Below, piece by piece: positions 8,731-18,447 of a stretch of 64,000 nt of DNA. The translations under genes and the position numbers were made by a program. Within the stretch, counting starts at the first letter, position 1; the number at the start of each line of letters is the position of its first letter. Source of the stretch: Nitrospiraceae bacterium (GTDB taxonomy: Bacteria > Nitrospirota > Thermodesulfovibrionia > Thermodesulfovibrionales > Dissulfurispiraceae); the NCBI GenBank assembly GCA_012517735.1, contig JAAYUK010000063.1, forward strand, positions 2,671 through 66,670. The letters are read 5' to 3'. The notes below the pieces were generated by a model. That model was not told the origin of the DNA, did no database searches, and saw nothing but the letters and a program-made list of their open reading frames with translations.

Positions 8731-9591
8731 ATGACAGCCCCGACTCGCCGCATCGGCGTCCATACCTCAATTTCCGGTGGTGTTCATTGCTCGGTCGAAC
8801 GGGCTCATGAACTCGGCTGCACCACCATGCAGATTTTTTCGCATAATCCGCGCCAGTGGTTTGCCGGTCGCTTGCAGGATACCCATATCAGCCGGTTCAG
8901 GGAGCTGCGGGAGCGGTATGATGTCAATCCGGTTTTCGTCCACACTTCGTACCTCATCAATCTTGCCGCAACAAATCCGGAGGTTCTCGAAAAATCGGTC
9001 AGCCTGCTGATTCAGGAGCTGGATCTTGCCGATGCGCTTGGTGCGGAATATGTGGTGCTGCATACGGGGAGTGCATCGCAGGATACCGGCGACCATGCCC
9101 GCCAGCGGGCTGTCGGGGCACTCCGGCAGATAGCGCGCGTCAGGCAGTGGAAGGCGCAGCTGCTGCTGGAGAACACGGCCGGTGAGCGTGGCGATATTTC
9201 ATCCCGTATTGCCGATATTGCCGCCATGATTCACGCCGTTGATTCACCGCTTATCGGCGGAGTCTGTCTGGACAGCTGCCATGCTTTTGCCGCAGGCTAT
9301 GGCTTTTCGGAGGAGGCGGAGGTTGACCGGCTGGCCGATGAGGTGAAACGGCTGATCGGACCCGACGCAGTCAGGCTGATCCATCTGAACGATTCAAAAA
9401 AAGGACTCGGAGCCGGCGTGGACCGGCATGAGCATCTCGGCGAAGGCAGTATCGGCATTGAAGCCCTGACACGGCTGATTTGTCATCCTTTGTTTGCGGA
9501 CGTGCCGCTTGTGCTTGAGACTCCCAAGAAAACCGAAGATGATGATCCCCGGAATCTGGCGATTGCACGGAAGATGATCAAAAAACGGTAA
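8731..9591 (+). CDS. nfo: Endonuclease IV (deoxyribonuclease IV)
   Basis: ..RIGVHTSISGG..GCTTMQIFSHNPRQW..VHTSYLINLA..VLHTGS..LENTAG..HLNDSK..HEHLGEG. Start at 8731 (GAGG upstream) or 8704. Confidence 0.88.
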   Translation: MTAPTRRIGVHTSISGGVHCSVERAHELGCTTMQIFSHNPRQWFAGRLQDTHISRFRELRERYDVNPVFVHTSYLINLAATNPEVLEKSVSLLIQELDLADALGAEYVVLHTGSASQDTGDHARQRAVGALRQIARVRQWKAQLLLENTAGERGDISSRIADIAAMIHAVDSPLIGGVCLDSCHAFAAGYGFSEEAEVDRLADEVKRLIGPDAVRLIHLNDSKKGLGAGVDRHEHLGEGSIGIEALTRLICHPLFADVPLVLETPKKTEDDDPRNLAIARKMIKKR

Positions 9592-9601
9592 ATAATGAAA
9601 A

Positions 9602-9622
9602 GTGATGAGTAATCAGTAAAGG
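9602..9622 (+). repeat. Heptad-periodic repeat, copy C1 (10 nt after the nfo stop)
   Basis: GTGATGA GTAATCA GTAAAGG. Confidence 0.5.
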
Positions 9623-9736
9623 CACAAAATAACGACACTGGTCTCTCGTGCCTTCCGATCACTCATTACTTTTTCCTCATCACTATTACCGGCTAACCTC
9701 TCACCGCCTCCCTTATTCAAAGAGGAGTGGAAAGGC

Positions 9737-9799
9737 ATTTCTGTTCACTGTTTCCCGCTTGCCGCTCACCGTTTTTACTCATCACTCATTACTCATCAC
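9737..9799 (-). repeat. Heptad-periodic repeat, copy C3 (directly after the pyk stop, in pyk sense orientation)
   Basis: Reverse strand reads GTGATGA GTAATGA GTGATGA GTAAAAA CGGTGAG CGGCAAG CGGGAAA CAGTGAA CAGAAAT, nine consecutive heptads. Confidence 0.6.
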
Positions 9800-9804
9800 G
9801 GTTT

Positions 9805-11253
9805 TTATTTTCTCATCTTACAGGTCTCGCGGCTGAGATCAATGATCTCCATCTTGTTGTTCATCCACGGATATTTTGAGGACGGGCCTTCGGTGAAGAT
9901 GACGAGGTTGCCGTCCAGTTCGTACTTGCACATCCAGTCCCTGATGTATTCGCTCCAGTGCTCCGGATGATCGGTTTCGCGGGTTGCGTAAACTCCATAG
10001 CTGAACTGCAGGCACTGGCAGGTGGATTCGAGCGCGCTGACGGCAATGGTCCATACCGGAAGCCGGAACCGGGCGATGCTCCTGGCGGTGGCTCCTCCAT
10101 GCGTCGGAACAAAGACCGCTGCGGGAGAAGTACACTCCAGCGTTGATTCAACGCTGAGCGCGATGAGATCCGAAAGCTTCGGCTGATCGGAGCAGCTTCT
10201 TTTTCTGATTTCGTCCCGCACGGGATGCCCGGTGCGGGCATGTTCAACTGCTGCGGCGATTTTTGCGAGCATTCCGACCGACTCCACCGGATACATACCC
10301 ATGGCGGACTCGCCCGAGAGCATGACGCAGTCGGTACCGTCGAGAATTGCATTGGCAACGTCAGTGGATTCCGCCCGGGTCGGCCGCGGATTGGTTGTCA
10401 TGGATTCCAGCATTTGCGTAGCGGTAATTACCGGCTTGCCGAGCAGGTTTGCTTTTCTCATGAGTGATTTCTGGACAAGGGCGATTTCCTCGATCGGGAT
10501 CTCGACACCGAGATCCCCCCGCGCGATCATGATGCCGTCTGTCGCCGCAAGGATTTCGTCAATGTTCTGGAGGGCTGTCAGCCGCTCGATCTTTGCAATA
10601 ATGAAGGGGTCGTACTTCATTTCCCGGGCCGCAGCGCGAAGATCCTCGATATCCCGGGCCGAATCCACAAACGACTGGCTGACCGCATCGATATTGAGCC
10701 GCTGAGCTATCTCGAGCCACTTCCGGTCCCGGTCGGTGAACGCGCTCATGCCGAGATTGATGCCGGGGATATTCAGGCCCTTTTTCGAACGAAGCTCGCC
10801 GCCGACCCGGACGGTGCAGAGAACATCATTCCCCCTGACCTCTTTCACCTCAAGCTGGATCAGGCCGTCGTTCAGGAAAAGCGTGTTGCCCGCCGAGACG
10901 GCCTGCGGAAGCGTTTTGAACGTGACCGAAACCCGTGTCGCGTCGCCGCTGATGTCGTCGGTGGTGAGGGTGAAGTGGTCTCCGGGTGCGAGCATGACCG
11001 GTTCACCAGTGATCATGCCGATACGCATTTTGGGGCCCGGCAGATCCGCCATGATAGCCACGCGGCGTCCAACAGCGTCAGCTGCTGCGCGCAACCGCTC
11101 GACGACGCGCGCATGGCTGTCGTAGTCGCCATGCGAAAAATTGAGCCGGGCGACGTTCATTCCCGCATTGATCATGTGCTGCATGACTTCAGGGGATTCC
11201 GAAGCCGGACCAATGGTGCAGACGATTTTGGTTTTGTTGTTCGGCAGTTTCAT
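9805..11253 (-). CDS. pyk: Pyruvate kinase
   Basis: MKLPNNKTKIVCTIGPAS..MNVARLNFSHG..AIMADLPGPKMR..IARGDLGVEIP..ATQMLESM..MLSGESA. ATG at 11253; the longer track ORF was rejected. Confidence 0.93.
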   Translation of the reverse strand: MKLPNNKTKIVCTIGPASESPEVMQHMINAGMNVARLNFSHGDYDSHARVVERLRAAADAVGRRVAIMADLPGPKMRIGMITGEPVMLAPGDHFTLTTDDISGDATRVSVTFKTLPQAVSAGNTLFLNDGLIQLEVKEVRGNDVLCTVRVGGELRSKKGLNIPGINLGMSAFTDRDRKWLEIAQRLNIDAVSQSFVDSARDIEDLRAAAREMKYDPFIIAKIERLTALQNIDEILAATDGIMIARGDLGVEIPIEEIALVQKSLMRKANLLGKPVITATQMLESMTTNPRPTRAESTDVANAILDGTDCVMLSGESAMGMYPVESVGMLAKIAAAVEHARTGHPVRDEIRKRSCSDQPKLSDLIALSVESTLECTSPAAVFVPTHGGATARSIARFRLPVWTIAVSALESTCQCLQFSYGVYATRETDHPEHWSEYIRDWMCKYELDGNLVIFTEGPSSKYPWMNNKMEIIDLSRETCKMRK

Positions 11254-11318
11254 GCGCGCTGACCTCGCTTGGTGTCTATCCGTTCCGGACAGTACCTCAA
11301 TTATAGCGCAAACCGGGC

Positions 11319-13256
11319 ATGCGTGAACCGGTTTCCGACAGTTTGTTTGCATGTCCGTCTGTTCTTTCCTATAATTACACTGTGACAGGGAAGCAGGATA
11401 ACGTGCCGCCGGCAGTTCCATTGACGGAGCATGCCGAAGATGGTCTGATTACAGCCGATGGGCGGTTATTGCCGCGCAGCGCCGAAAGCAGTCTCCTGGC
11501 TGAAGATGAATTACGGAACTTTTTCGAGCTGTACCCTGACATGGTCTGCATTTTTGACAATGCCTCGGCACGGTTCCTCATGGTGAATTCCGTTTTTTCC
11601 CAGGTTCTCGGGTATCCAGAAGACCGTTTGCTGAACAGCCCGATCTATGCATTTATCCACCCGGACGATATCGATCCGACCAGAAAGATCATACAGGAGA
11701 AGATCGGGCAGGGATGTCCAGTGTTCAGCTTCGTCAATCGTTACCGGAAAGCGGATGGCAGCTACTGCTGGATGGAATGGAATGCCCGGCCCCGGTCCGA
11801 TCGTGGAGTGACGTACGGCGTTGCCCGGGATATCACGGACCGCAAAAAGATCGAGGCGTCCCTGCGGCTGTCGGATGAGACCCTGCGGGCGTTTCTGAAC
11901 GCAATCGGGGAGGCCGCTTACATCATCAATGCGGACGGGATTGTCCTGGAACACAACGAACCGTTTGCGGAGCGCGTGGGCATGCTGGGCAAGATCCTGC
12001 GGGGGCGGAGCCTGTTCGATCTCCTTCCGCCTGAGGATGTGCGGAGACGCCGCAACCGCATCGAAGAGATTATCAGAACCGGCAGGGGCGGACACATGGA
12101 AGACGAACGCGATGGGCGTTTTGTCTTCAGCTCGCTCTATCCGATCAAGAATGCCGAAGGCGAGGTCATCAAAATCGCCGTTCTCGGACAGGACATCACC
12201 TGGCTACGGCGCGCGGAAGAGGTTATGCTGCTGAATGAGGAACGGCTTGAATCGCTCCTGAATCTCAGCCAGATGAGCTCGGCGACCGAGGAGGAAATCC
12301 GCACCTATGCCCTTGAGGAGGCGATCAGTCTCACGCGCAGCGCGTATGGCTTCCTCTTTTTCGTAAACGAAGAGGACGACACCATCGAAGATACCGTCTG
12401 GTCCCGCGAGGCAAAGCAGAACTGTATCCTGGAAGGGGTATCCCACGCTCCGATCTGCTCGGCGGGACTCTGGGCGGAAGGGTTGCGTCAGCGAAGACCG
12501 GTGTATCACAATACCCCCCTGAGCGCACCGGACCGGCAAAAGCCCCCATCAGGGCATGTGCCGATCCTGCGCTATCTGAGCGTGCCGGTTTTTGATGACG
12601 ACCGTATTGTCGCTGTCGCCGGAGTCGCGAACAAGGAGTCGATGTACGATGAAACCGATGCGGCTCAGCTCGGACTCTACATGCATACCATGTGGGCAAT
12701 CCTGAAACAGCGGCGGGCGTCCGAACTTCTCAGGCGGTCTTCCATGGAAGATCCGCTGACCGGACTGGCAAACCGCCGCCGTTTTGATGAGGCGTTCGGG
12801 ATCGAGTGGCGCCGCGCCCTGCGCGAAAAGCATCCGTTGTCGCTGTTCTTTCTTGATATTGATTTTTTCAAGAAGTTCAACGATTTCTATGGGCATCAGG
12901 CCGGGGATGACTGCCTCCGCCGGGTTGCCGACTGCCTGAAATCCGTTCTGAACCGGGCTGGCGACCTTATCGCCCGATACGGCGGGGAAGAATTCGTCGC
13001 GATCCTGCCCAATACGGAGCTTGCTGGTGCGATCAAGATCGGCGAGACCATGCGTGAGCGGGTTATGCACCTCGGGATACCGCATGAGGCATCCAAGGCT
13101 GCACCGGTGGTCACCATCAGCATCGGTGTTGTTGCATGCGAACCGTACGAGGGAATCAGATCACACGAAATTATCGAGGCGGCCGACCGCGCACTCTATG
13201 AGGCCAAGAAAGAGGGCAGGAACAAAATCCGCTGGCATGTCCTCGAAAGAGACTGA
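11319..13256 (+). CDS. PAS-PAS-GAF-GGDEF diguanylate cyclase
   Basis: Two PAS-like blocks and a GAF-like block, followed by ..DPLTGLANRRRFDE..FFLDIDFFKKFNDFYGHQAGD..RAGDLIARYGGEEFVAILP (intact GGEEF with an RxxD I-site). Exact start is uncertain. Confidence 0.85.
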   Translation: MREPVSDSLFACPSVLSYNYTVTGKQDNVPPAVPLTEHAEDGLITADGRLLPRSAESSLLAEDELRNFFELYPDMVCIFDNASARFLMVNSVFSQVLGYPEDRLLNSPIYAFIHPDDIDPTRKIIQEKIGQGCPVFSFVNRYRKADGSYCWMEWNARPRSDRGVTYGVARDITDRKKIEASLRLSDETLRAFLNAIGEAAYIINADGIVLEHNEPFAERVGMLGKILRGRSLFDLLPPEDVRRRRNRIEEIIRTGRGGHMEDERDGRFVFSSLYPIKNAEGEVIKIAVLGQDITWLRRAEEVMLLNEERLESLLNLSQMSSATEEEIRTYALEEAISLTRSAYGFLFFVNEEDDTIEDTVWSREAKQNCILEGVSHAPICSAGLWAEGLRQRRPVYHNTPLSAPDRQKPPSGHVPILRYLSVPVFDDDRIVAVAGVANKESMYDETDAAQLGLYMHTMWAILKQRRASELLRRSSMEDPLTGLANRRRFDEAFGIEWRRALREKHPLSLFFLDIDFFKKFNDFYGHQAGDDCLRRVADCLKSVLNRAGDLIARYGGEEFVAILPNTELAGAIKIGETMRERVMHLGIPHEASKAAPVVTISIGVVACEPYEGIRSHEIIEAADRALYEAKKEGRNKIRWHVLERD

Positions 13257-13337
13257 TCCGGAATTGCTGGCAGACAGTATTCTCTGGTAATGTTTTCGTG
13301 TCGATTCGGAATATCATCATACCATCGAGGTGACAGC

Positions 13338-13652
13338 ATGCCGGAATTTGTCAATGTTGCAGTCGTAAAAAAAGCGAATGTGTATTTTGGCGGGCAGGTA
13401 ACGAGCCGAACCGTTCTGTTTGCGGACGGTTCCAAAAAAACGTTGGGAATCATGCTGCCGGGTGAATACGAGTTTTCGACCGGTGCTGCTGAGATCATGG
13501 AGATTCAGTCGGGCGAGCTGAGTGTGCTTCTGCCCGGATCGTCCGAATGGAGGCCGGTCAGGGGAGGAGAATCCTTCGAGGTGCCTGCCAATGTGAAGTT
13601 TTCCATGCGCGTGGCGACGGTAACGGATTATATCTGTTCGTTCCTCGGATAG
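13338..13652 (+). CDS. ppnP: Pyrimidine/purine nucleoside phosphorylase PpnP (DUF1255)
   Basis: MPEFVNVAVVKKANVYFGGQVTSRTV..GEYEFSTGAAEIMEI..G.L.V.LPG matches YaiE/PpnP. GAGG RBS. Confidence 0.8.
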   Translation: MPEFVNVAVVKKANVYFGGQVTSRTVLFADGSKKTLGIMLPGEYEFSTGAAEIMEIQSGELSVLLPGSSEWRPVRGGESFEVPANVKFSMRVATVTDYICSFLG

Positions 13653-13761
13653 CTGCTCGCCGAAATCCTTCTTTATTGCAGGGCATTTGTACGGAAGAAT
13701 GTTGTTGAAGTCGCACCGGTGCGTTGAGGAAAAATCGGGCTTTTTGGTATAGTCAACGCGT

Positions 13762-14751
13762 ATGAGTTATATATCAGTCATCGGCGCGGGCAGCTGGGGT
13801 ACGACACTTGCTGCGGTTCTGGCGGAAAAAGGATACGATATCACGCTCTGGACGCACGAGACGGAACTGGCCGAACGGATCAATGCCGAACGGACCAATC
13901 CTCTCTATCTGCCGGGATATGTGCTGCCGCCGTCCCTTGTCGCCACCGATGATCTTGACGAGGCCCTCCATTCCGCCCGGTTTGTCCTCAGTGTGGTGCC
14001 TACCCAGTATATTCGCTCGGTTTTCGGGCGGGCGACGGTCAACAGCGAGTGCATGGTGGTGAGCGCTGCCAAGGGGATCGAGATCTCGACGTTCGAAACC
14101 CCCTCGATGATTCTGGCTGAGCTTCTGGGAAGGCCGGTTTCGGCGCTTTCCGGGCCGAGCTTCGCCAAGGAAGTGATGGCAAAAATGCCGACGGCGGTGA
14201 CGCTTGCTGCGCCGGATTCAAAGACCGGTTATATTCTTCAGGAGATTTTCAATACGGACTATTTCCGGGTTTACACGCATGACGATATTGTCGGGGTGGA
14301 GATCGGCGGGGCCATGAAAAATGTCATCGCCATAGCCTCCGGTATCTGCGATGGATTGGCACTCGGTCACGATGCCCGGGCTGCGCTGATTACGCGGGGG
14401 CTGTCGGAGATGAAGCGTCTCGGACTGACATTCGGCGCCCAGGAAATTACCTTTTCGGGATTGAGCGGCATAGGAGATCTGGTGCTTACCTGCACGGCAA
14501 GTCTTTCACGCAACTATTCTGTCGGTTTCAATTTAGGCAAAGGCAAGACCCTTGCCGAAATTACCGCACAGACGAATTCAGTCGCCGAGGGAGTTTCCAC
14601 GACGCTTGCTGCATGGCATCTCTCCCGGGAAAAAGGGATAGAAATGCCAATCACCGAACAGGTCTATCTCACGCTGTATGAAGGGAAGAGTCCTGCCCTG
14701 GCGGTGCGCGATCTCATGACGCGTTCGCTGAAAACGGAATTTTATGGATAG
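13762..14751 (+). CDS. gpsA: NAD(P)H-dependent glycerol-3-phosphate dehydrogenase
   Basis: VIGAGSWGTTLA..NPLYLPG..SGPSFAKEV..NTDYFRVY..GVEIGGAMKNVIAIA. Confidence 0.93.
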   Translation: MSYISVIGAGSWGTTLAAVLAEKGYDITLWTHETELAERINAERTNPLYLPGYVLPPSLVATDDLDEALHSARFVLSVVPTQYIRSVFGRATVNSECMVVSAAKGIEISTFETPSMILAELLGRPVSALSGPSFAKEVMAKMPTAVTLAAPDSKTGYILQEIFNTDYFRVYTHDDIVGVEIGGAMKNVIAIASGICDGLALGHDARAALITRGLSEMKRLGLTFGAQEITFSGLSGIGDLVLTCTASLSRNYSVGFNLGKGKTLAEITAQTNSVAEGVSTTLAAWHLSREKGIEMPITEQVYLTLYEGKSPALAVRDLMTRSLKTEFYG

Positions 14752-15505
14752 TGACAGGCTGCGGACCCTTCTGCAGGATGTCCAGTCTGGTGCGGTTAGT
14801 CCTGACGCTGCGCTCAATACCCTTCGCTCGCTCCCGTTTGAGACGGTTTGTGGGAGCCATATCGACCATCATCGGGAACTGCGAACCGCCATCCCTGAAA
14901 TCATCTTCGCTCAGAACAAGCGTCCGGAGGATGTGATGCGTATTGCAGAATCGATGCTCCGCCAGAGCGGGCGTTTTCTGGTAACCCGTGCGAGCCACGA
15001 GACCTATAATCTGCTTGCACACACCGGTGCGGTGTTCCATGAGGCTTCCCGCATGATTGTCTGCGGGGGGGCAAAGCGGAAAACGGGTAAGGTGATGGTG
15101 GTCTCTGCCGGGACATCCGATATCCCGGTGGCGGAAGAGGCGGCTGTGACCGCAACCTATCTGGGAAGCGCAACCGAGACGATCTACGATGTCGGGGTTG
15201 CGGGGATTCATCGCCTGTTCAGCCATCTCCCGGCCATCCATGCGGCAAATGCGGTCGTTGTCGTCGCGGGCATGGAGGGTGCGCTTCCGTCGGTTGTCGG
15301 GGGACTCACCAGCACTCCCGTGATTGCAGTGCCGACCTCTGTCGGGTATGGGGTCAGTCTCGGCGGGCTGACCGCGCTCTTTTCGATGCTCCACTCCTGC
15401 GTGCCGGGACTTGCTGTCGTGAATATCGATAACGGGTTCGGAGCGGGGTGTCTGGCTCACAAGATCAACATGCTCGCAAAGCCTGCGCCAACAAGCAAAA
15501 AGTAG
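14744..15505 (+). CDS. larB: Nickel-pincer cofactor biosynthesis protein LarB (AIR-carboxylase-like)
   Basis: ..HIDHHRELRTAIPEIIFAQ..VMVVSAGTSDIPVAEEA..VGVAGIHRL..VVVAGMEGALPSVVGGL..VIAVPTSVGYG. Overlaps the gpsA 3' end by 8 nt. Confidence 0.8.
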   Translation: MDSDRLRTLLQDVQSGAVSPDAALNTLRSLPFETVCGSHIDHHRELRTAIPEIIFAQNKRPEDVMRIAESMLRQSGRFLVTRASHETYNLLAHTGAVFHEASRMIVCGGAKRKTGKVMVVSAGTSDIPVAEEAAVTATYLGSATETIYDVGVAGIHRLFSHLPAIHAANAVVVVAGMEGALPSVVGGLTSTPVIAVPTSVGYGVSLGGLTALFSMLHSCVPGLAVVNIDNGFGAGCLAHKINMLAKPAPTSKK

Positions 15506-15578
15506 GCAACTATTCCCCAAGTCGCAATGCTTCTTCGATTGCAATCATGTCATTGCGCTTTGCCCGCGTTACTTCTGA

Positions 15579-16043
15579 TCAGCTCGCAGCCTGCCTGCCC
15601 GGGAGGTCAAGGCGCATCAGAACAGCATCTTCGACTGGATGGTCATAATATGACCGGCGGCGCGCATACTCATAAAAACCGAATGACCGGTAGAGTGCCA
15701 GTGCCGAGAGGTTCGACGCACGTACCTCGAGAAAAAAAAACCGGACGTTTCCGGGTGCAATGATCGCGAGGACGCTTTCCAGGAGCGCTTTGGCGATTCC
15801 TTTCCGTCGATGTGTTTCCTGCACGGCAACATCATAGAGATGGCACTCGTCGGCAACGGTTTTGACGATAATGTATCCTGCTGCGATTCCATTGATTTCC
15901 GCCAAGAGGGCAATGGACGAGGCGCTTCTCACTTCGGTGAGAAAAGAGGTTTCCGACCACGGAGTCGAAAAAGAACTGCGTTCGATGATCAGTGCGGCCG
16001 GCACATCTTCCGGAAGCATCTGACGTATGGTCAGGTCTTTCAT
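15579..16043 (-). CDS. rimI: Ribosomal-protein-alanine N-acetyltransferase
   Basis: ..IERSSFSTPWSETSF..IAAGYII.....HLYDVAVQETHRRKGIAKALL..LEVRASNLSALALYRSFGF. Confidence 0.85.
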   Translation of the reverse strand: MKDLTIRQMLPEDVPAALIIERSSFSTPWSETSFLTEVRSASSIALLAEINGIAAGYIIVKTVADECHLYDVAVQETHRRKGIAKALLESVLAIIAPGNVRFFFLEVRASNLSALALYRSFGFYEYARRRSYYDHPVEDAVLMRLDLPGRQAAS

Positions 16044-16046
16044 GGC

Positions 16047-16730
16047 TTATGCCTGCCTGCTTTTTTCCGCTTCTGATCTGCGGCAATACCTGGGCACCAG
16101 GCTTGCTGGGTCGAGGCATATGCCGTTGCGGGCATTGCCGAGTCCCAGTTGGGCGACATGCGCGGGCGACGGTGCCATCATCTCAGGGGTGCCGAAGAGG
16201 GCACGGTCACCAGCCGCGTCGACAATATCGGAGCGGTACAGCACAGCCCCCTCTCCCAGAAAGAGCGTTGGTTCGTCCAGCTTCTGCACCAGTGTTCCGA
16301 CCGGATAGGCGCCTTCCGGGATCACGGGGGCAAATCCGGTGCCGGTCCAGCGGTATATCGCTCCGTAGACTTCTTTTTTGCGTGCGTCCAGCAGGGGGCA
16401 GACCGGATATCTGCAGAAGGCTGCATTCCAGGCAAACGCCTCAAGTGTCGATACTGCAGTAACCGGCTTGCCGGTTGCATAGGCAAGCCCCTTGACGGTG
16501 CTGACACCGACCCGCAGGCCGGTAAACGAGCCGGGACCGATCGCGAGCGCGAATACGTCGATATCATTCAGGGTCAGTCCGGTGCGTTGCAGACAGAGGG
16601 CGACCTCGCTCATGAGCCGTTCGGAATGCGAGACTTTCACATTGAGCCGGGTTTCCGCGATCAGCATCCGTTCATCGAGCAGGGCGATGCCACCGAGCAT
16701 GGTTGATGTATCGATGCCGAGGACTTTCAT
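16047..16730 (-). CDS. tsaB: tRNA t6A37 biosynthesis protein TsaB
   Basis: MKVLGIDTSTMLGGIAL..HSERLM..IDVFALAIGPGSFTGLRVGVSTVKGLA. ATG at 16730 overlaps (ATGA) the stop of the upstream MFS gene. Confidence 0.88.
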   Translation of the reverse strand: MKVLGIDTSTMLGGIALLDERMLIAETRLNVKVSHSERLMSEVALCLQRTGLTLNDIDVFALAIGPGSFTGLRVGVSTVKGLAYATGKPVTAVSTLEAFAWNAAFCRYPVCPLLDARKKEVYGAIYRWTGTGFAPVIPEGAYPVGTLVQKLDEPTLFLGEGAVLYRSDIVDAAGDRALFGTPEMMAPSPAHVAQLGLGNARNGICLDPASLVPRYCRRSEAEKSRQA

Positions 16731-17944
16731 GAACGGGACGCTCCATTTCTGAGGGGAAATGATTGCGCGAACAGCACGCTCATTATGATACAGATGATCC
16801 CGGTCAGTTTCAAGGAAGGGAGCGTGCCAATGACCTGCGCCATGATGCCGACGATCGAATTGCCGAGCGGTGCGAATCCCAGGAATACGAGCGTGTAGAG
16901 GCTCATGACCCGGCCGCGCAGCGAATCGGGCACTGCATGTTGTACGAAACTGTTCGCCGTGGCGAGAAAACTGACGACTCCCCATCCTGCCAGAAAGATG
17001 AGGGCAGACGCCGCGAGAAGGGTTCCAGTAAATGGCAGGGCGGTGATTGCCGCGGAAAAAACGAGCGCGGCGAACGGGAGGAACGCCCGTTTTCTGGAGA
17101 TGCTGTCATTGACGGCGATCCAAGCTGCTGCCACGAGCGATCCGATACCTGCTGAAGCGACGAGAATACTCAGTCCCGTGACTCCGGACGAGAGGACATC
17201 CTCCGCGAAGATCGGCATGAAGGTGAGATACGGAATTCCGAAAAGACTGAAGACTGCGATCAGGGCCATGATCCGGAAGACCGCACGCTCATGAATCACA
17301 AAACGCCATCCGTCAATGAGCTCACCCAGCAAGCCTTTTGTATTCCGGTATTCTGCATGGCGTTCCCTGATGGAAAACAGCGCTGCCAGTACAGCAATGA
17401 AACTGACGGCGTTCAGGTAGAAACAGGCAGGAATCCCGGCAAGGGAGATCACGAATCCTGCGACGACCGGACCAAGAATGCGTGCGCCGTTGAACGCGAC
17501 CGAGTTCAGCGCGATCGCATTGGTAATTGCCGTCCGGTCGACCACCTCGACCAGGAATGCCTGGCGCGTCGGCACATCAAAGGCGTTGACCATGCCGAGT
17601 GCGAAGGCGACTGCTCCAACGTGCCAGACCGTGATGACCCCGAAGTCTGCAAGGACGGCAACGGTCAGGGCAAGCAATGCGGAGAGAAACTGGGTCAGCA
17701 TGAGGACGGTTCTCTTGGGATACCGATCCGCGACGATCCCTCCCAGCAGGGTGAACAGCAGTATCGGCAGCGAAGCGAGCGAGGCGATGATCCCAAGATA
17801 GAGCGGTGAATGCGTCAGGGAGTATACCAGCCAGCTCTGGGCGACCGAATGCATCCAGGTGCCGGAAAGCGAAACGAGCTGCCCGAACCAGAAGAGCCGG
17901 AAATCGCGTGACTGTAAAGCGGGGAAACGCCCGTTGGAGAACAT
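16727..17944 (-). CDS. MFS transporter (EntS/MFS_3-like)
   Basis: ..RDFRLFWFGQLVSLSGTWMHSVAQSWLVY.. with about 12 hydrophobic helices. Confidence 0.85.
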   Translation of the reverse strand: MFSNGRFPALQSRDFRLFWFGQLVSLSGTWMHSVAQSWLVYSLTHSPLYLGIIASLASLPILLFTLLGGIVADRYPKRTVLMLTQFLSALLALTVAVLADFGVITVWHVGAVAFALGMVNAFDVPTRQAFLVEVVDRTAITNAIALNSVAFNGARILGPVVAGFVISLAGIPACFYLNAVSFIAVLAALFSIRERHAEYRNTKGLLGELIDGWRFVIHERAVFRIMALIAVFSLFGIPYLTFMPIFAEDVLSSGVTGLSILVASAGIGSLVAAAWIAVNDSISRKRAFLPFAALVFSAAITALPFTGTLLAASALIFLAGWGVVSFLATANSFVQHAVPDSLRGRVMSLYTLVFLGFAPLGNSIVGIMAQVIGTLPSLKLTGIICIIMSVLFAQSFPLRNGASRS

Positions 17945-18120
17945 TATGATAGAGTATACCGGAACCGGATCAAAAATGACGCCTGTCTGCAGCTATGGAG
18001 TGGCCCCGATTGTGTGTCCATGCACGCTTGACTTGCATTTTTGATTGCTTTGGTGTACATTTGCAGTAAGCTAATTCTTTATCTGTACTCCATTTTGTGA
18101 CGAAAGGAGGTGAAGATCGT

Positions 18121-18429
18121 ATGAAGAAAATTATTCTCCTGGTAGTAGCAGTGCTTTTCGTCTTTTCGTTTGGCTGTGCTACGAAGGACTATGTGAAGCA
18201 GCAGATTGATCCGCTTGCAGACAGAATCAGCAAGCTCGAGAGCAAGACTGTTGAGCTCGATGGCAAGGTTGCAGCAGCAGCGAAGGAAGCAGCTGAGGCA
18301 AAGAGAATTGCTGTGGATTGCTGCGAGAAGTCTGATTCAGCAGCCAAGAGAGCAGAGGCAGCCGCTCAGCGTGCAGAAGCAGCAGCTGAAAAGGCAGCAA
18401 AGGCTTTCAAGCTTGGTCAGAAGAAATAA
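18121..18429 (+). CDS. Lpp-like alanine-zipper lipoprotein
   Basis: MKKIILLVVAVLFVFSFGC lipobox followed by an Ala/Lys/Glu-rich coiled coil. AGGAGG RBS. Confidence 0.75.
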   Translation: MKKIILLVVAVLFVFSFGCATKDYVKQQIDPLADRISKLESKTVELDGKVAAAAKEAAEAKRIAVDCCEKSDSAAKRAEAAAQRAEAAAEKAAKAFKLGQKK

Positions 18430-18447
18430 GTTTGCCGTTGTGTTGTA

